A stretch of DNA of 64,000 nucleotides from the human T2T-CHM13v2.0 reference genome, Homo sapiens, in the NCBI RefSeq assembly GCF_009914755.1, contig NC_060933.1; one strand, given 5' to 3'. The translations under genes were made by a program, and so were the position numbers. The notes below the pieces were generated by a model. That model worked only from the letters and a program-made list of their open reading frames with translations, was not told the origin of the DNA and ran no database searches. Position 1 is the stretch's first letter. Every line of letters begins with the position of its first letter. This document shows, one piece after another, positions 47,673-63,452 of the stretch.

Positions 47673-48255
47673 TGACAGAGGCATTCAAGCCAGACTCCAT
47701 CTTGAATAGGGGCTGGGTGAAATGAGGCTGAGGCCTGCTGTGCTGCAGTCCCAGGAGGTTAGGCATTCTTAGTCATAGGAGGTTGGCAGGACGGGTATCA
47801 CAAAATACAGGTCAGGATGCGGTAAAGAAGACGGCCAAATCCCACCAAAACCAAGACAGTGACAAAAGTGACTTCTGGTCGTCCTCACTGCTCACTATAT
47901 GCTAATTATAATGCGTTAGCATGTTGAAGGACACTCCCACGACAGTTTGCAAACACCATGGCAACTTCCGGAACTTACTATGTATGGTCTAAAAAAGGGA
48001 GGGACCCTCAGTTCCCTGCCCCTTTCTTGGAAAACTCATGAAAGATCCACCCCTTGTTTAGTATGTAATCAAGAAATAAGTATAAAAATAGCCAGTTAGC
48101 AGTCCTCAGAGCTTCTCTGCCTATGGAGTAGTCATTCTTTTGTTTCTTTACTTCTTTAATAAAGTGGCTTTTACTTTATGAACTCGCCCCAAATGCTTTC
48201 TTGTGAGAGGTCCAAGAACCCTCTCTTGGGGTCTGGATAAGGATGCTTATTTTCC
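47673..48255 (+). mobile_element. MER41-like ERV1 LTR
   Basis: Matches recalled MER41B start (gactccatcttgaataggggctgggt; cccaggaggttaggcattcttagtca). Confidence 0.8.
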
Positions 48256-48296
48256 CCAAAGCTGTGAAGCCTTGCTTTGGCTGGAGTAACTGACAT

Positions 48297-49021
48297 TGAA
48301 ACCGCCACTGTAAAATTATGACTGAGACAATGAAAGAGATCTGACTTAACCAACTCCATCTTGCTTCTAACCTCCAAGCTGTGCTTGTTCATTCCTAGGC
48401 ATAGGCTGAACTAACTTTGGGAGGAACTTAGTTTATAGTTCAAAACAAAGATGATAATAGCCCTTTCCCAAAACCTCCTTCTTGCCTGAGGACTAGACTC
48501 CTTTTGTAGGACAAATTAGCCACAAGATTAGAAATTATGGTTTAGGAGTCATGCAGCTGAAGGCTACACGATTCTGACCCTCTCTCAACTGCTCCTGAAG
48601 TCAGTACTTGGGATATTTTGCAGACCTTGCACTTGATGGATCAGCTGGCACCACCCAGCTCAATAAACTGGCTCGTCTGATCTTGTGGCCCCCACCTAGG
48701 AACTGACTCAGTGCAAGAAGACAATTCTGACTCCCTGTGATTTCATCTCTGACCAATCAGTATGTCCAGCTCTTTGGCTTCCCCCCAACCCTGACCAATC
48801 AGCACTCCTGGCTCATTCGCTTCCCCCCAACTCACCAAGTTGTCCTTAAACACTCTGATCCCTGAATGCTCGGGTAGACTGATTTGGTAATAATGAAACT
48901 CTAGTCCAGTATCCTGCACGGCGGCTCTGCGTAAATTACTCTTTCTCGATTGCAATTCTCCTGTCTTGATAAATTGGCTCTGTCTGGGCAGCAGGCAAGC
49001 TGAACCCACTGGGTGGTTGCA
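48297..49021 (+). mobile_element. LTR8-like ERV1 solo LTR
   Basis: TG...CA termini; 4-bp TSD ACAT (48293-48296, 49022-49025). Confidence 0.82.
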
Positions 49022-51206
49022 ACATCAGGAAGTCCCCGTCCTTAGGATGAGAAAGGAGCCCGCCCTGCAGGGCTGGAACCCCATGTATCAGGAAGGTGAA
49101 GCAGTGTACTCAGAAAGCTCCTCTGCAGGAGAGAGGGCCATTTAACAAATCTAGGCCCAGGGCAGTCCTCCACCTCTGAGGACTCTCCCCATGAAGGTGT
49201 GATGCTCTCTGGGAATGGGAGCACAACTTGACCCTTCCCTGGGATCCTCATTCTCCACCCTGCCCCTGCTACACCTTTTCCAGACCTCATTCTCACTCGC
49301 CTTCACCTCTCCAGAATCTGATGTGCTTTCTGGTTTTGTCTTCCCTGTGCTCTGCCTTCCGAGCAGTAGCGGGTGCTCTGTGGAACCCTAGGACCCTTCC
49401 ATCCTGCCCTTGGGCTCTCAGCCCTTGGGCGATGGATTTGCTGCAGCCTGATCCCCACCCCCTCTTCCTGTCCAGTCTTCAGGAGGAACTGACCGAGCAT
49501 GGGGCTCTGTGAGGCCTCCTGGCCTTGGTGTCAGTGGCCCTGCCTGGGGCCCTTTGGTCCCTGGTCCTGTTCAGCTGCCTGTACGTGTTTATGGAGACAT
49601 TGGCCACGTGGCACTATGTGTGGCTTGTGCTCCCAGGCAGGGTCTCAGAGTAGAACTTGCCTCCTTCAAAAGCAAAGTCTCTTCATTTCAGCTGTGAAGT
49701 GCAGTGGCATTTTGCCCTCACAGACCTGGGCTGTGTGGCCTTGATCTGTGACCTGACCTCTCTGAATCTTCCTTCTCGTGTAACATGGGATGGCAGGGTG
49801 GATTTGAAGGCCCCGGGGAGTAAGAAGAATGTGCTCCCACACTGGGTTTGCAATGTGCTGAAGGGCCAGGAAGCGTAGCACAGCATCACACACCCGGCCC
49901 AGCTGCCAGTCCTCCTCCTAGGGCACCCCCTGCCCAGCTGACAGCCCTTGCCCGTGAGGCCTCCCCTTCTGTTCGGGCCTTTCCCTGGGCGCAGGAGCCC
50001 TTGGCTATAGGTCTTTGTTGTGGGCTCCAGCCCTGCCTAGCCCTGCCTGGCCTGCCCCTACACCTCCTGTCACCTGCCTGTCTCCTTGGGCTGAGAGTCC
50101 AGGCTGTTCTGTTGAGGGTGTTGGGAGCTGTGCCTTGGCATAGGGGTGGCGGGCAGGGATTGACTCTGTTGTGTATCCAGACCTGGGAGAGGAGGATGGA
50201 GCCACCTGCTGTGGGCCAGGCTCCAGCAAAGGCCTCCCTCACCTGCTGCCCACACTAGCCAGGGCGGGCTCCCTGGGGTCAGAGCAGAGGCCAGGCTGTC
50301 TGCCTTTATTGCCTTCAGAATCTGCTTGAGGGAGAACTGGCTCTCTTCTCTCTCTCCTGGCCTGAGGGACACTGTCTTCCTCCAATAAGCTGATGGTTGG
50401 GAGCTGTGACTGATAGGCACCCAAACCCTGAAACCAGGTGTTCTTGCCTCCATTGACCCAAACCCCCGTGTCCCCTGCCCCTTCCCTACCCCTCACCATG
50501 GGTTTCTGAGTTCTTCCAATGACTCCATGCCTTAAGTGCAATTTATAAAAAAAAGAACTGGGAAAGGGCCGTCTTGTGGATTCCAGGCTCAGCTGGCTCT
50601 AGGCAGAGCGTAATGTTGCTCACCAAAGGTAGGATGTGGTTTTAGGCTGCATTCACAAAGGCCTGACATCTAGAACAAGGAAGATGCCACACTCGCCTCT
50701 GCATAGGTCACTCCCCACCTGTGCCCTGGGTTCTGAGTTTTGCACTTTACAGCAACCAAGATGGAAACACTGCTGGGGAATGGGAGTGGAGAGCTGGAAA
50801 GAGCATTCTGGGAAGTGGCCGAAGGCAAGCAGGGAGTAACAGGCAGAAAACATGGCCTGCTGCAGAGCATGAACTGTGCATTTTGGGAGGTGACCCCACG
50901 CTAGGAGGACATCACTGTTCCAGGCTCCTGGGCACTCAGGGCCCCTCGCATCTCTTTGTCCCCAGCCTCTCTGGGTGTCTGTTCTTGTCCCTTTATTCCT
51001 CTGCGTCCTAGGCTTCTTTCCTCTCCCAGTAGCCTGTAGTCAGAAAGAGTGGGGTGGCCAACTTGTGCCAGTGAGCCTGGGCCTGCCCAGTTTTAGCACT
51101 GAGCATCCATCTCCTGGAAAAGCCCTAGCCACCAGGATGGTCGGTTGTCCTAAGAGGAGTCTCAGTGGCCCCAGTCAGATGCAACAGGTAAAAAATCCCC
51201 AAAACC

Positions 51207-51622
<416 letters not shown>

Positions 51623-51919
51623 TTAGTGAAGAAAGACTAAGCCAAGCCCTTCTCCCACTACCCCCATGGAACATCTGCTGGGTGCACAGCCCTCTCTGGA
51701 GTACAAGGCAGTGAATTCCTGCTCTGAAGGAGCCTGCCCTCTCACCAGGAGAATGAGGCCTTTTCCAATAGCATCAGACAAACGGCCTAAATGGAAGACT
51801 CAAAGCAGTGGCTCCAGTGAGTCCTGTCCTGTTTCTTTCTTCCAGGCTCAGCCTGAAGTTCTCCTGAATCCTTATAGGAGCCAGAACTCCCCAGTTACTC
51901 TCTCACTGCCTGTCTGACC

Positions 51920-52409
51920 TGAGAGAGAGTTAGGAGGCGGGACGTGACTCTGGAGGCAGGGATTGGACACTGGATCAGATGAGGACTAGCTGAAACAGGG
52001 CCAAGGTGAAAGCAGCTTTCAATAAGACACACCCACCCATGTGCCATGTCAGTTTACCATTGCCCACGGCAACACCCAGAAGTTACCACCCCTTTCCATG
52101 GCAATGACTTGATGACCCAGAAGTCACCACTCTTTTCCTAGAAATTTCTGTATAAACCACCTTTAATTTGCATTTAGTTAAAAGTGGGTATAAGTATGTC
52201 TGCAGAACTGCCTCTGAGCTGCTGCTCTGGGCACACTGCCTATGGGGAGCCCTGCTCTGCAAGGAGGGTAACTTGGCTACTGCTGTACATGGCCGCTTCA
52301 ATAGAAGTTGCTGTTTGATGCCACCAGCTCACCCTTAAATTCTTTCCTGGGTGAAGCCAAGAACCCTCCTGGGCTAAGCCCCAATTTGGGGCTCACCTAC
52401 CCTGCATCA
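51920..52409 (+). mobile_element. ERV1 LTR (MER50-like)
   Basis: TG...CA; ends ggctaagccccaatttggggctc...ctgcatca. Subfamily uncertain. Confidence 0.65.
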
Positions 52410-52584
52410 GGTGGATGTCCAGATTTAAGTGCAAATACAGACAATTCACATTCCAATCCATACACAAATGGCAAACCCTTGGGGAAGATGGCTGCATCGT
52501 TACCGTACGTGCTCCCATCACTCCAGGAGAATTTCTCATTATTGTTTATAAAAGGCATGCCTTGTGGCATTGAGACAGACATAG

Positions 52585-53500
52585 TGTTATATGTTCACTA
52601 AGCCTGTTTTTCCCCCTCCTGAGGGTACAAGAAGGCTGCTTTTCTAAACCTCTCTTGCAGTTAGATGAGACTATATGATGGAGATTTAGTCAATGGGATG
52701 TTCACAGAGATTATGCAGACCCCTTTCTAAACTGGCCCCCCAAACCTTCTGTCCCATGTCCTGGTGAGGAACCCCAAAGCCCTCTGTAAACCTGCATTGC
52801 ACTGCATGGGCCCTGCATTGCAGCGCAAGGGGAAATGATGACACTGTGATCCTGAGGGGTTGTTTGTTATAGCAGCTATTTGTGCTTACACTGACTCATG
52901 CAGAGATTGGTACCAGAAGTGCAAGAGCGTGGCAACAGACACCTAAAATCCAAGGCACTGGCCTAGCAGCCACATGGTGGGTGGAGGGCTGCAGAGTTTT
53001 GTTTGATGAACATGTTGTCTTCAATAACTTGGAAGGCAGTTCCTTGGAACGTCTCTTCCAGCCCCAGGGGATCGACTTGAAAAACAGAACTTTCAGTGTG
53101 TGTTTATTTTTATTGGCTGTCTGACTAGGTGTTACAAGAGAAAGAAGAGTTTAGAAAAGAAATTAGCAAGCAGGAAAAAAAATGGATTAAAGAGACTAGG
53201 AATTGGAAATCTCGCAGAGTTGGAAAATGCCTGAACATTGTTAGACTCCAAACAGTACGAGATGAGGTTTTAAAAGCACTAGGGTAAGAAGGATCAATGG
53301 AATACGTTGTTTTGAACAGAGTGACTCAAAATTGTAGTAAAGATCCTTCCTGCCCAAGCCTGAAAACTTTAAGAAAGACTTCCTTAAGATGAGAGATACA
53401 GGGAGGCATGGGGATAAATTGGCAAAGAAGTGCATCAAATCTGAATGAAATATGAGCCAAATTTCTATCTCAGGAAAGAAGATGCCCAGAAGAAATCTGG
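52585..53500 (+). mobile_element. MLT1 LTR plus MaLR internal fragment
   Basis: LTR end ggggttgtttgttatagcagc followed by the internal start gattggtaccagaagtg. Confidence 0.55.
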
Positions 53501-56500
53501 TTTTTTAAATCACTGCAGGAGTGATTCTTGTCACCATGTCCTGCCCTGGACTATGACCTGGGCAAGAAACAAACTTGCATTGTGTATCAGCCCTGAGATA
53601 TTAAGATTGCCTGTTAAAATAGCTGCTGTTTCTTATCTTTACAAAGAGGTGGCCCAGGCGAGGAGAGGAGAAACCTGCATTCTCCTCCTGGTTCAAAAAC
53701 TTACTCTGGGCTTTGTGCCAAGTTGGCCTCCTACTGATTTCTTTAGCTGCACTTGAGCTACTCAGTTTGGTTTTCATTGCCACTGTGACTCATCAGCCAG
53801 AGGCCATATGGGTGGGGGGCAGCCAGTTATCTGATTCCTGCAGCTTTACAGGAGGCTGGAAGCCCACCCGCCCACCCCAAGATGTGGCAGAAGTCCCAGT
53901 CGGGAAGCCAGCAGAGCCAAGGACAATCTGGATATGTCCATCTGTCCCAAGGTAGCAAACGGGCCCTCCCAGAGCCCTGTGCCTTCCATGACGGCATGGG
54001 TGTTCTACAATTTCATTGGGGTTGAAACATGAATCATCAAATCTGAGAACTGGAAATTAAGGGGCAGCTGCTCTGGGTGATCTTACCACCCAGAACTCAA
54101 GTCAGTGCCTCTGCAGCTCCCAGCAGACCCACAGGCACAAGAAGCTCACTACTGGCATGAGCAGCCACCAGATCAGTGTGGCCTGGGATGGTGGTGACTG
54201 ACATTGGAAGGTCTTCCTCTTGTCAAATGCAGTTCTGCTTCTCCATAAAAGCTAATCTTCAAAGTGGGCCAAGTGACCTGTATGGCGGGAAGTCCAAGGT
54301 TGTTTACCCCGTACCGTCGGGAAGGGCCTCTACTGGGCTGATGGCCAAGACATGTGAGTCAAGGACAGAACGCACATCCAAAAACAAAAACAAAACCTGG
54401 AGCGGCCATCACGTATCCAGCATGCTTGGCTCTGATGAATGCTTGGCTCGGCTGATACCTACCTGGCTTCCCAGCTCCTGTTTCTCTGGGCTGTGCGAGC
54501 CTGGATTCTAATTGAAACCCATTTGCGTTAATTCGTTTATCTCTCTTTTCCCTTCCAGGATTGCTGTCTTCTTTAATATGAGTTTGCTCTGATGAGCCAG
54601 AAGATCTCCGGGTTTTGTTCGCTTGCACTAAAACCTTCTACTCGGCTCTCTGAAACTAGCACGCTAGTGGTTCCTCAACCTAACTGTCCGTCGGAGCCAC
54701 CTGGGGAGGCTCTGAAAAATACAGATTCAGGGGCCCCATCCCAGACTTTTAGAACCAAAATCTCAGTGGGTGATGCCTAGAGCCCTCCCTCTTCTCCGCT
54801 GATGAGCTGTGGTAGGAAGTCACACAGCAGCACATCAAACAGAGATGACAAGTCAGCCTGCCTCCCACTCCATCTCCAGCCTTCTGTGGGCCATGTGTCC
54901 CCAGGCCCCCCACCCATCCCTCAGAATAAAGGTGAGAGAGATCCAAATCAAAAGCAAGTTGAAATGTTTTTAAAACATGCAATAAGGATCAAATTAATTA
55001 CAGTGAATATTTACATGCCTTAGATAGATTGTTTTATGGGGATGTGGTATTATGACTTGAATCTGTTTCATAAGTGTCACTTATGACACTACGTGAACTT
55101 AAAGAAAAGCTTGTACCCTTTGAATCAATAAGCTTACCAGAGAACTTACTCTTGGAAAAAAAATGCAACGTAAGAGAAAAAAGCGTGTACATAAACGTGT
55201 TAATTACTGGCTAGGATATCAGTATTCAACGATAAGAGGAAACACTGGATAGATTATAAGTGTTCAACAATAAGAGGATGTCCATTTCCTCCAGTGAGTA
55301 TTAAATGGCCATTTAAAAAAATGCTCAATGTGCAAGCTCTAGTGACCTGGAAACCTAAGTGTAAAATTAGATCATAGAACTGGAAGTGCCGACTTCTACT
55401 TCCAGTAATAATGGGTTAGAAAACAAGGCCAAACTTCCTTCTGAAATCAAAAAAGCTGGGCAAATTTCAGAGATACTCTTCTTAAGCACTAAAGATGATC
55501 AGAGTAATGAGGAATTACCAGAATAAGATTCGGCAGAAATAGAAACTCAGAGTGGAGTATCTGTGAGTATCTTTGTCTGGGGTCATTCACCAATCAGAGA
55601 GAAGCTTTCAAGTCTGTGCGGGAGTTTTGTCAACTCAGCAGGCTGAAGGGGACCAGGGTACATGTTTAGAGCCTGCCAAGAATGGAGTTTCAGGTTAAGG
55701 AACCTGCACTTTAGCCTGACAACTATGTACATGTGCATCCCAGAGGTAAGGATCACCTGCAAGTAAACCAGCTCTCCCCCAAAATTGCAAACTGATTTTA
55801 AGTCATATGGGTGCACAGACCATCTCTGGCAATGGCACTGGTTATTAACTTCCAGAACATGCCTGGAGAAGCAAATGAAACCTGTGTTGGAGGAAGACAA
55901 AGTATTGCTAGGTTTCAAGTGATCTACATCAACACTTAAAAAACAAAGTTCATAATTTCTATAGCAGTCAAGGTGGCTGTGTTAGTATTCTACTCATGCA
56001 CAGCAAATTACCACAAACGGCACCCATTTATTAACTCACAGTTCTATGGATCAGGGGTCTGAGTGGGCTCAGCAAGCAAGGTCCTCTGGTTAGAGTCTCA
56101 CAAAGCTGAAGTCAAGGTGTAAGCCAAGCCTTATGCTCAGCTGGAGATTTGGGGGAGAAGCAGCTTCCAGGGCCATTCAGGTTGTTGTCAGAATCCAGTT
56201 CTGTGTGGTTTTAGGAGTAAGGTTCCCATTTTCTTGCTGGCTGTCAGCTGGGAGCTGCTGTCAGCTATTGGAGGCCACTCTCAGGTTCTTTCTAAATGAA
56301 CCTCCATCTTCAAAGCTTGCAAAAGTGTGTCAAATCACCCTCATGCTGCAAATCTGTCTGACTCCTCTTTTGCTACCTGCCAGAGAAAACTCTCTGCATT
56401 TAAAGGACTGTCATGATTAGATTAGGCCCACCCTGATAATCCCTTTTTTAATTAACTCAATGTCAGCTAATTAGCCATCTTAATAGCATCTCAAAATCGC

Positions 56501-58379
56501 TTTTGTAATGTAACATAACATGATCACTGGCATGATAGCCTGTATTTATAGCACTGGGAATTAGAGCAGAAAATCTTTGGGGTTGAGTTGCATTTTTGAA
56601 TGATGCTTCCCACAATGGAGTGAGCCCACTGCAGCACGTCAGACATTGAACAAAACACAAATACCTGATGATTTGAAAAGTAACAAAGACAGATTGGAGA
56701 GAGAACACAACATTTGTGTAAATAACCTACACAGGGAAAGCAAAACAGAAGTTGCAATCTAAACTTAATTAGGTGCACTGCCTGCTGAAACAACAACAAA
56801 GTCAACATTTTCCCAGAAGATGTTTAAAGAATCTCATAACATAATATTCAAAATGTCCTGGCTACATCCAAAATTGCACAAGGGATGTAAAGAACCAGGA
56901 AAACATAGACAATTCTGAAGGAAAAAGGCAATCGACATTCACTAATCCTGATATGACCAAGTGCTAGAAGTATTGAAGACTTTAAGGCAGCTATTATAAT
57001 CATGCTGTAAGGAGTAAGTGCTAACACTCCTGAAGTTAATGGAAAGCTAGACAGTCTCATCAAAGAACTAGAAGCTACAAAATAAATCACATGAAAACTT
57101 TAGAACTGAAAAATGTAACAATAGAAATAGCATTTCCCTAGATAGAATCAATACAAGAATGGAGATAACGGAAGAGCCAGTGAACTTGAAGACAGGTCAA
57201 TAAAAGTCTTCCATTTTGAACAATGGAGAGAAAACGCATTGGGAAAAATAGAGACTTCTGGTTTTGGTAATATGGAGTAGACATACTTTTACCCTATTCC
57301 ACTCAATAAATGTAACAGATATCCCTGACCTGAAGAAGCTGATAACCTGAAAATACCAAAAGGCACAGATAAAAAAAAAAAAAAAAAGAAGGCCAGTAAA
57401 AACCTGCTCTCTCTATCCAAAGGCTCAGGAAGAAGACAGTCCAGCAAGACAGAAAACTTTAGACAATAATTGCTCTATTCCAGTCAAACGCTGGAGGTGA
57501 CCCATCTCCTCCCCTACAAGCAAAGGCTAGGTAGAGAGCTTAGATTTCCACCTTCATTGAGCTGTAATGAGGCATCCCAGCACCCTCTAGTGCTGGATGG
57601 GTTGGTATCAGAAAAGGCACTTTCATCTCCTCTGTGCACAAGCAGTAACAAGTCCCCTCTACTCCTGCAGTGTCAGTGGAGTCTACATGGGGAAACTAGA
57701 CTTCCACCCCAACCCAGCAGTTATGAGTTGCTCAGCTCCTTCCCCACTGGCTGGTATCAGAGAGGCCTAGTGGAGATTCAGAACTTTCACCATCTCCCAG
57801 TAGCAGTGAGTCCACCCCTCCCCTTGTGGTGCCAGTAAAGCCCTCATGGAGAACAGAAAGGAGACACACAACCCTCCTACGCACAGAGGTACCAGGGAAG
57901 GTCTCCTGAGGAGCTGGATCTCCTACTCCCACCCAGCAGTAAGGAGGAGTCCTAACATTTCAATAATTACATAAAAGTAAATGGCCTAAATGAACCAATT
58001 AAAAGAGAGAGAGATTGTCAGAGTGTATTTAAAAGCCTGACTAAGCATATGCTATCTAAAAGAAACTTATTTCAAATATAATAATATGAGCAAATTGAAA
58101 GTAAAAGCATATGGGAAAATGTATGTTATGCAAACATTAATCAAAAGAAAGCAGGAGAGGCTCTACTATATCAGATAAAAGTGACTTCAGGCAAAGAAAA
58201 TTACCAGAGACAGAATATAATAATAAAAGGTCAACCTACTAAAAATTTAGAGGTTTTTTAGTAGAATTGTTGGATTCTAAATGTGTGCACACCAAACAAC
58301 AGAGCTACACATTATGTGCTATACAAATAAGGTAACAATGATCTGAACAGCTGCATGTTTCTTACAAGAAACCACTGGG

Positions 58380-58715
<336 letters not shown>

Positions 58716-58732
58716 CTAAAATAACTTTGTGG

Positions 58733-59085
58733 TTTTTTTTTCTTTTTTTTTTTTGGAGACAGGGTTTCACTCTGCTTTCTCACCCTTATTCTGCTGAATA
58801 AAGGGTGCTATTACATGTTGCAGTAGTGTGACCAGGGCTCGCTGCAGCCTTGACCTCCCAGGCTCGAGTGGTCCTCCCATCTCAGCTTCCCAAGTAGCTG
58901 GGACTACAGGCCTTCACCACCACACCTGGCTATTACTTTTTTTTTTTTTTTTTTTTTTTTTAGAGATGGACTCTCACTATGTTGCCGAGGCTAGTCTCAA
59001 ACTCCTGGACTGAAGCAATCCTCCCACCCCCACCTTGGCCTCCCAAAGTGTTGGGATTACAGGCATGAGACACTGTGGCCAGGCT
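58733..59085 (-). mobile_element. AluJ-like element carrying a templated insertion
   Basis: Diverged antisense Alu; non-Alu segment at about 58786-58820. Confidence 0.88.
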
Positions 59086-59187
59086 GGAATAACATTTTTA
59101 AAGCATGGGAAGAAAATAACTGTAAACCCAGAATGCTATATTCCGTGAAAATATTCTTCAGATATAAACTTGGAATAAAGACATTCT

Positions 59188-59646
59188 TTTTTTATTATTA
59201 TTATACTTTAAGTTCTAGGGTACATGTGCAAAACATGCAGGTTTGTTTCACATGTATATATGTGCTGTGTTGGTGTGCTGCACCCATTAACTTGTCATTT
59301 ACATTAGGTATATCTCCTAATGCTATCCCTCCCCCCTCCCCCCTCCCCACGACAGGCTCCAGTGTGTAATGTTCCCCACCCTGTGTCCAAGTTCAATTCT
59401 CACCTATGAGCGAGAACATGTGGTGTTTGGTTTTCTGTCCTTGCAATAGTTTGCTCAGAATGATGGTTTCCAGCTTCATTCATGTCCCTACAAAGGACAT
59501 GAACTCATCCTTTTTTATGGCTGCATAGTATTCCATGGTGTACATGTGCCACATTTTCTTAATCCAGTCTATCATTGATGGACATTTGGGTTGGTTCCAA
59601 GTCTTTGCTATTGTGAATAGTGCCGCAATAAACATACGTGTACATG
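59188..59646 (-). mobile_element. L1PA 3' fragment
   Basis: Antisense L1 3'UTR and ORF2 end; TSD TGGAATAAAGACATTCT (59171-59187, 59647-59663). Confidence 0.93.
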
Positions 59647-59663
59647 TGGAATAAAGACATTCT

Positions 59664-59890
59664 ACTTTTTTATGTTGTATTATTTTTATTTTTTTCTCAG
59701 AAAACTTCTGTATAGTTTTTTTTAATTATCATACTTTAAGTTTTAGGGTACATGTGCACAACATGCAGGTTTGTTACATATGTATACATGTGCCATGTTG
59801 GTGTGCTGCACCCATTAACTCGTCATTTAGCATTAGGTATATTTCCTAATGCTATCCCTCCCCTCTCCCCCCACCCCACAACAGTCCCCA
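59664..59890 (-). mobile_element. Second short L1PA 3' fragment with extended tail
   Basis: Antisense L1 3'UTR followed by a third GAATAAAGACATTCT (59891-59905). Confidence 0.9.
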
Positions 59891-62165
59891 GAATAAAGAC
59901 ATTCTTAAGGAAAGGAACAATATGCGAACTGATCATCAATGGAGCTGCTTTAAAAGAAATGCTAAAGAAAGTTCTTAGGTTGGAAGGAGAATGAAAACAG
60001 AGGGATGTGCAGGACTTCAGAAATGAAAGAGAGCAACAGGAATGATAAATAGTTGGATAAATATATCACACTATTTTTTGCCTCAAGTTTTTTTAAAAAT
60101 ATGAATCACCATTGAGAGCAAAAGTTAAAAGACTGATGGGTTTTCGAGGTAGGCAGATCTAATACATTTAATAATTGCAACATATGGAGGTGGTAAAATG
60201 TAACCGATATCATTGCAAGTTTTCTATGTTTTCCTCGAAGTACTACAATTTCAACTCTCAGTGTACTGAGAAAAGTTAAGTGTATATATTGTCATGCCTA
60301 CAGCAACCTGTAAAAGAATTACACAAAGAGATACAGTCAAATGTTGGTCAATTAAAACAGAATACTAAAAAAAAATTCAAGTAGAGCACAACTAGCAAGA
60401 TAGTAGGTTTCAGTTAAACCTTATATATGAGTACATTATGTGTAAATGGTATAAACACAAAATTAAGGACATTAATTTTCAGATTGGATTAAAAAACCCA
60501 AATTATATGCTGTTTACAAGAAACCCAACCTCAACTAAAAAATATAGAGTTGCTAAAAGTAAAATGGGGGAAAAAACTTATCACGTAAAATCCAAGCGAA
60601 AGAAAATTGGAAAGGCTATAGGAATAACAGACAAAGTAAAATTCAGAACAAAGACTATTATCAAGAATAAAGGGTGCTATTACATGTTGATAAAAGGGAC
60701 AATTCAGCAAGGACACAATACAATTCCAGAAGTGCATTCACCTAAAAATGCAACGTCAAAAATTGAGGAAACATCTGCTAGAACTGAAACGAGAAACAGA
60801 TTAACCCACCATTATAGTTAGAAAGCTTATACTTCTCTGTTAGAGAATCTGTTAGTAATCAACAGAATGACTAAACAGAAAATCAGTAAGGCTACGAAAG
60901 TGGTGAACCAGGCTATTAATCAGTTTATTAATCTATTTTTTATATATAGACTTTTCAGTAGACAACAGCATAAAACATATTCTTTTCAAGTTCAAATTGA
61001 ACTTTCACCAACATAGACCATATTCTGGGCCATAAAATAAACATTGGCAAATTTAAAATAATTGAAATCATATTAAGTTTGTTCTCTGACCCTGATAGAG
61101 GTAAGCCAGAAATCAAGAACAGAAAGATATCTAGAAAAATCCCAAATAATTTGGAAGTAAAAGAACACAATTTTAAATAAACCATGGGCCAAAGGAAAAG
61201 TCACAGAGGAAACTCTTAGAACTGAACTAAAATAGGTGAATTTTACTGTATTAAATTATACCTCAAAAAATCTGACTTAAAAAAAAATCCTCTCTGCCTT
61301 CCTGAATACTATGTCTAGCATTCAATCAAAACCCTCCAAGTGTGCCAAAAAACTAAGATTAAAAAGAAACAAAAAACAGAAGATAAGATCTACAGGCCAC
61401 TGAGGTGTTTAAAATGTCTTTAAAAACGACTCTGACTGGTGTGTTGAAGAAAATGGAAGATGGTGAAAAAAATAGGTGAAAAAGTGGAGAAGTGGAGCCA
61501 AGCATTGGAGTCTACACTGGCTATTCTATAACTGAAATTAATAACTCAATCAATGGTTTTCTATTTATAAGCAAATTAGATACAGTGAAAAGCATTATTA
61601 GTGAACTGGAATATAGGTCAGCAGAAAATATCCAGACTGAATGTGAAAAGGAAAAAAGAATACAAATCCAGAAACTAGAACAAGAGACATATGAGACATG
61701 AGCAAACATTGGCCATTGGTGTAACTGAAATATCTGAAAGAGAAGAGGGAGTAGAGTAATAGCAATATTTAAGAGATAATGGCTAGCATTTTTCAAAACT
61801 CATGAAAGACATCAAGTCACAGATTCTATGAACCCCAAGCAAGACAAATTCAGAGAAAGTCTCATCCAGGCACCTTGTAGTAAAACTATCAAGGCAAAGA
61901 AAAAAAATTTTATAAATGTATTTTTTGAAAAAAGTCATATTACCTTCAGAGGAGCAACAAGACTTTCAGCTAGCTTTTCAGCTGAAATAACTGAATCTGA
62001 AAATACTGGACATCTGTATTTACAGTGCTAAAAGAAACTAATTGGCAATATAGAAGTCTACACCCAATCTAAATACTATTTAAAATGAGGCAAAATAAAG
62101 ATGTTTTCAGATAATAAAAGTGGACAGAATTCATCCTCAGCAGACTTTCATCAAAAAATATATGA

Positions 62166-62867
<702 letters not shown>

Positions 62868-63119
62868 TCAACAAAGACGAGAGAAGATGAGGAAGGAGAG
62901 GAAAAGAACAGAAACAACACTATGTGGATGTCCACGAATGCCCAAATGTTGCTGGATGGGCCCACGCCTACACTCCTACTTGAGAGGTCCCATGGCCGGG
63001 AAGAAGAGCACTGGCCCAAGAGGAGGAGGGCTTGATTTCTTTTCACCCATTCAGCTTTATCCCTCAAATCACAAAAGCTCTCTCAGTTCTGCTGATGTGA
63101 GTTGGGGAGGAATTGGTGA

Positions 63120-63452
<333 letters not shown>

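Noticed and set aside
49482-49652. Hydrophobic frame LLALVSVALPGALWSLVLFSCLYVFM after an acceptor-like site
   Set aside because: In-frame TGA, no clear donor and no family I can recognise; a BLASTx would be needed.
52397-52582. Minus-strand FSWSDGS resembling a C-type lectin motif
   Set aside because: Lacks the other lectin-domain Cys/Trp positions and lies between LTRs; likely chance.
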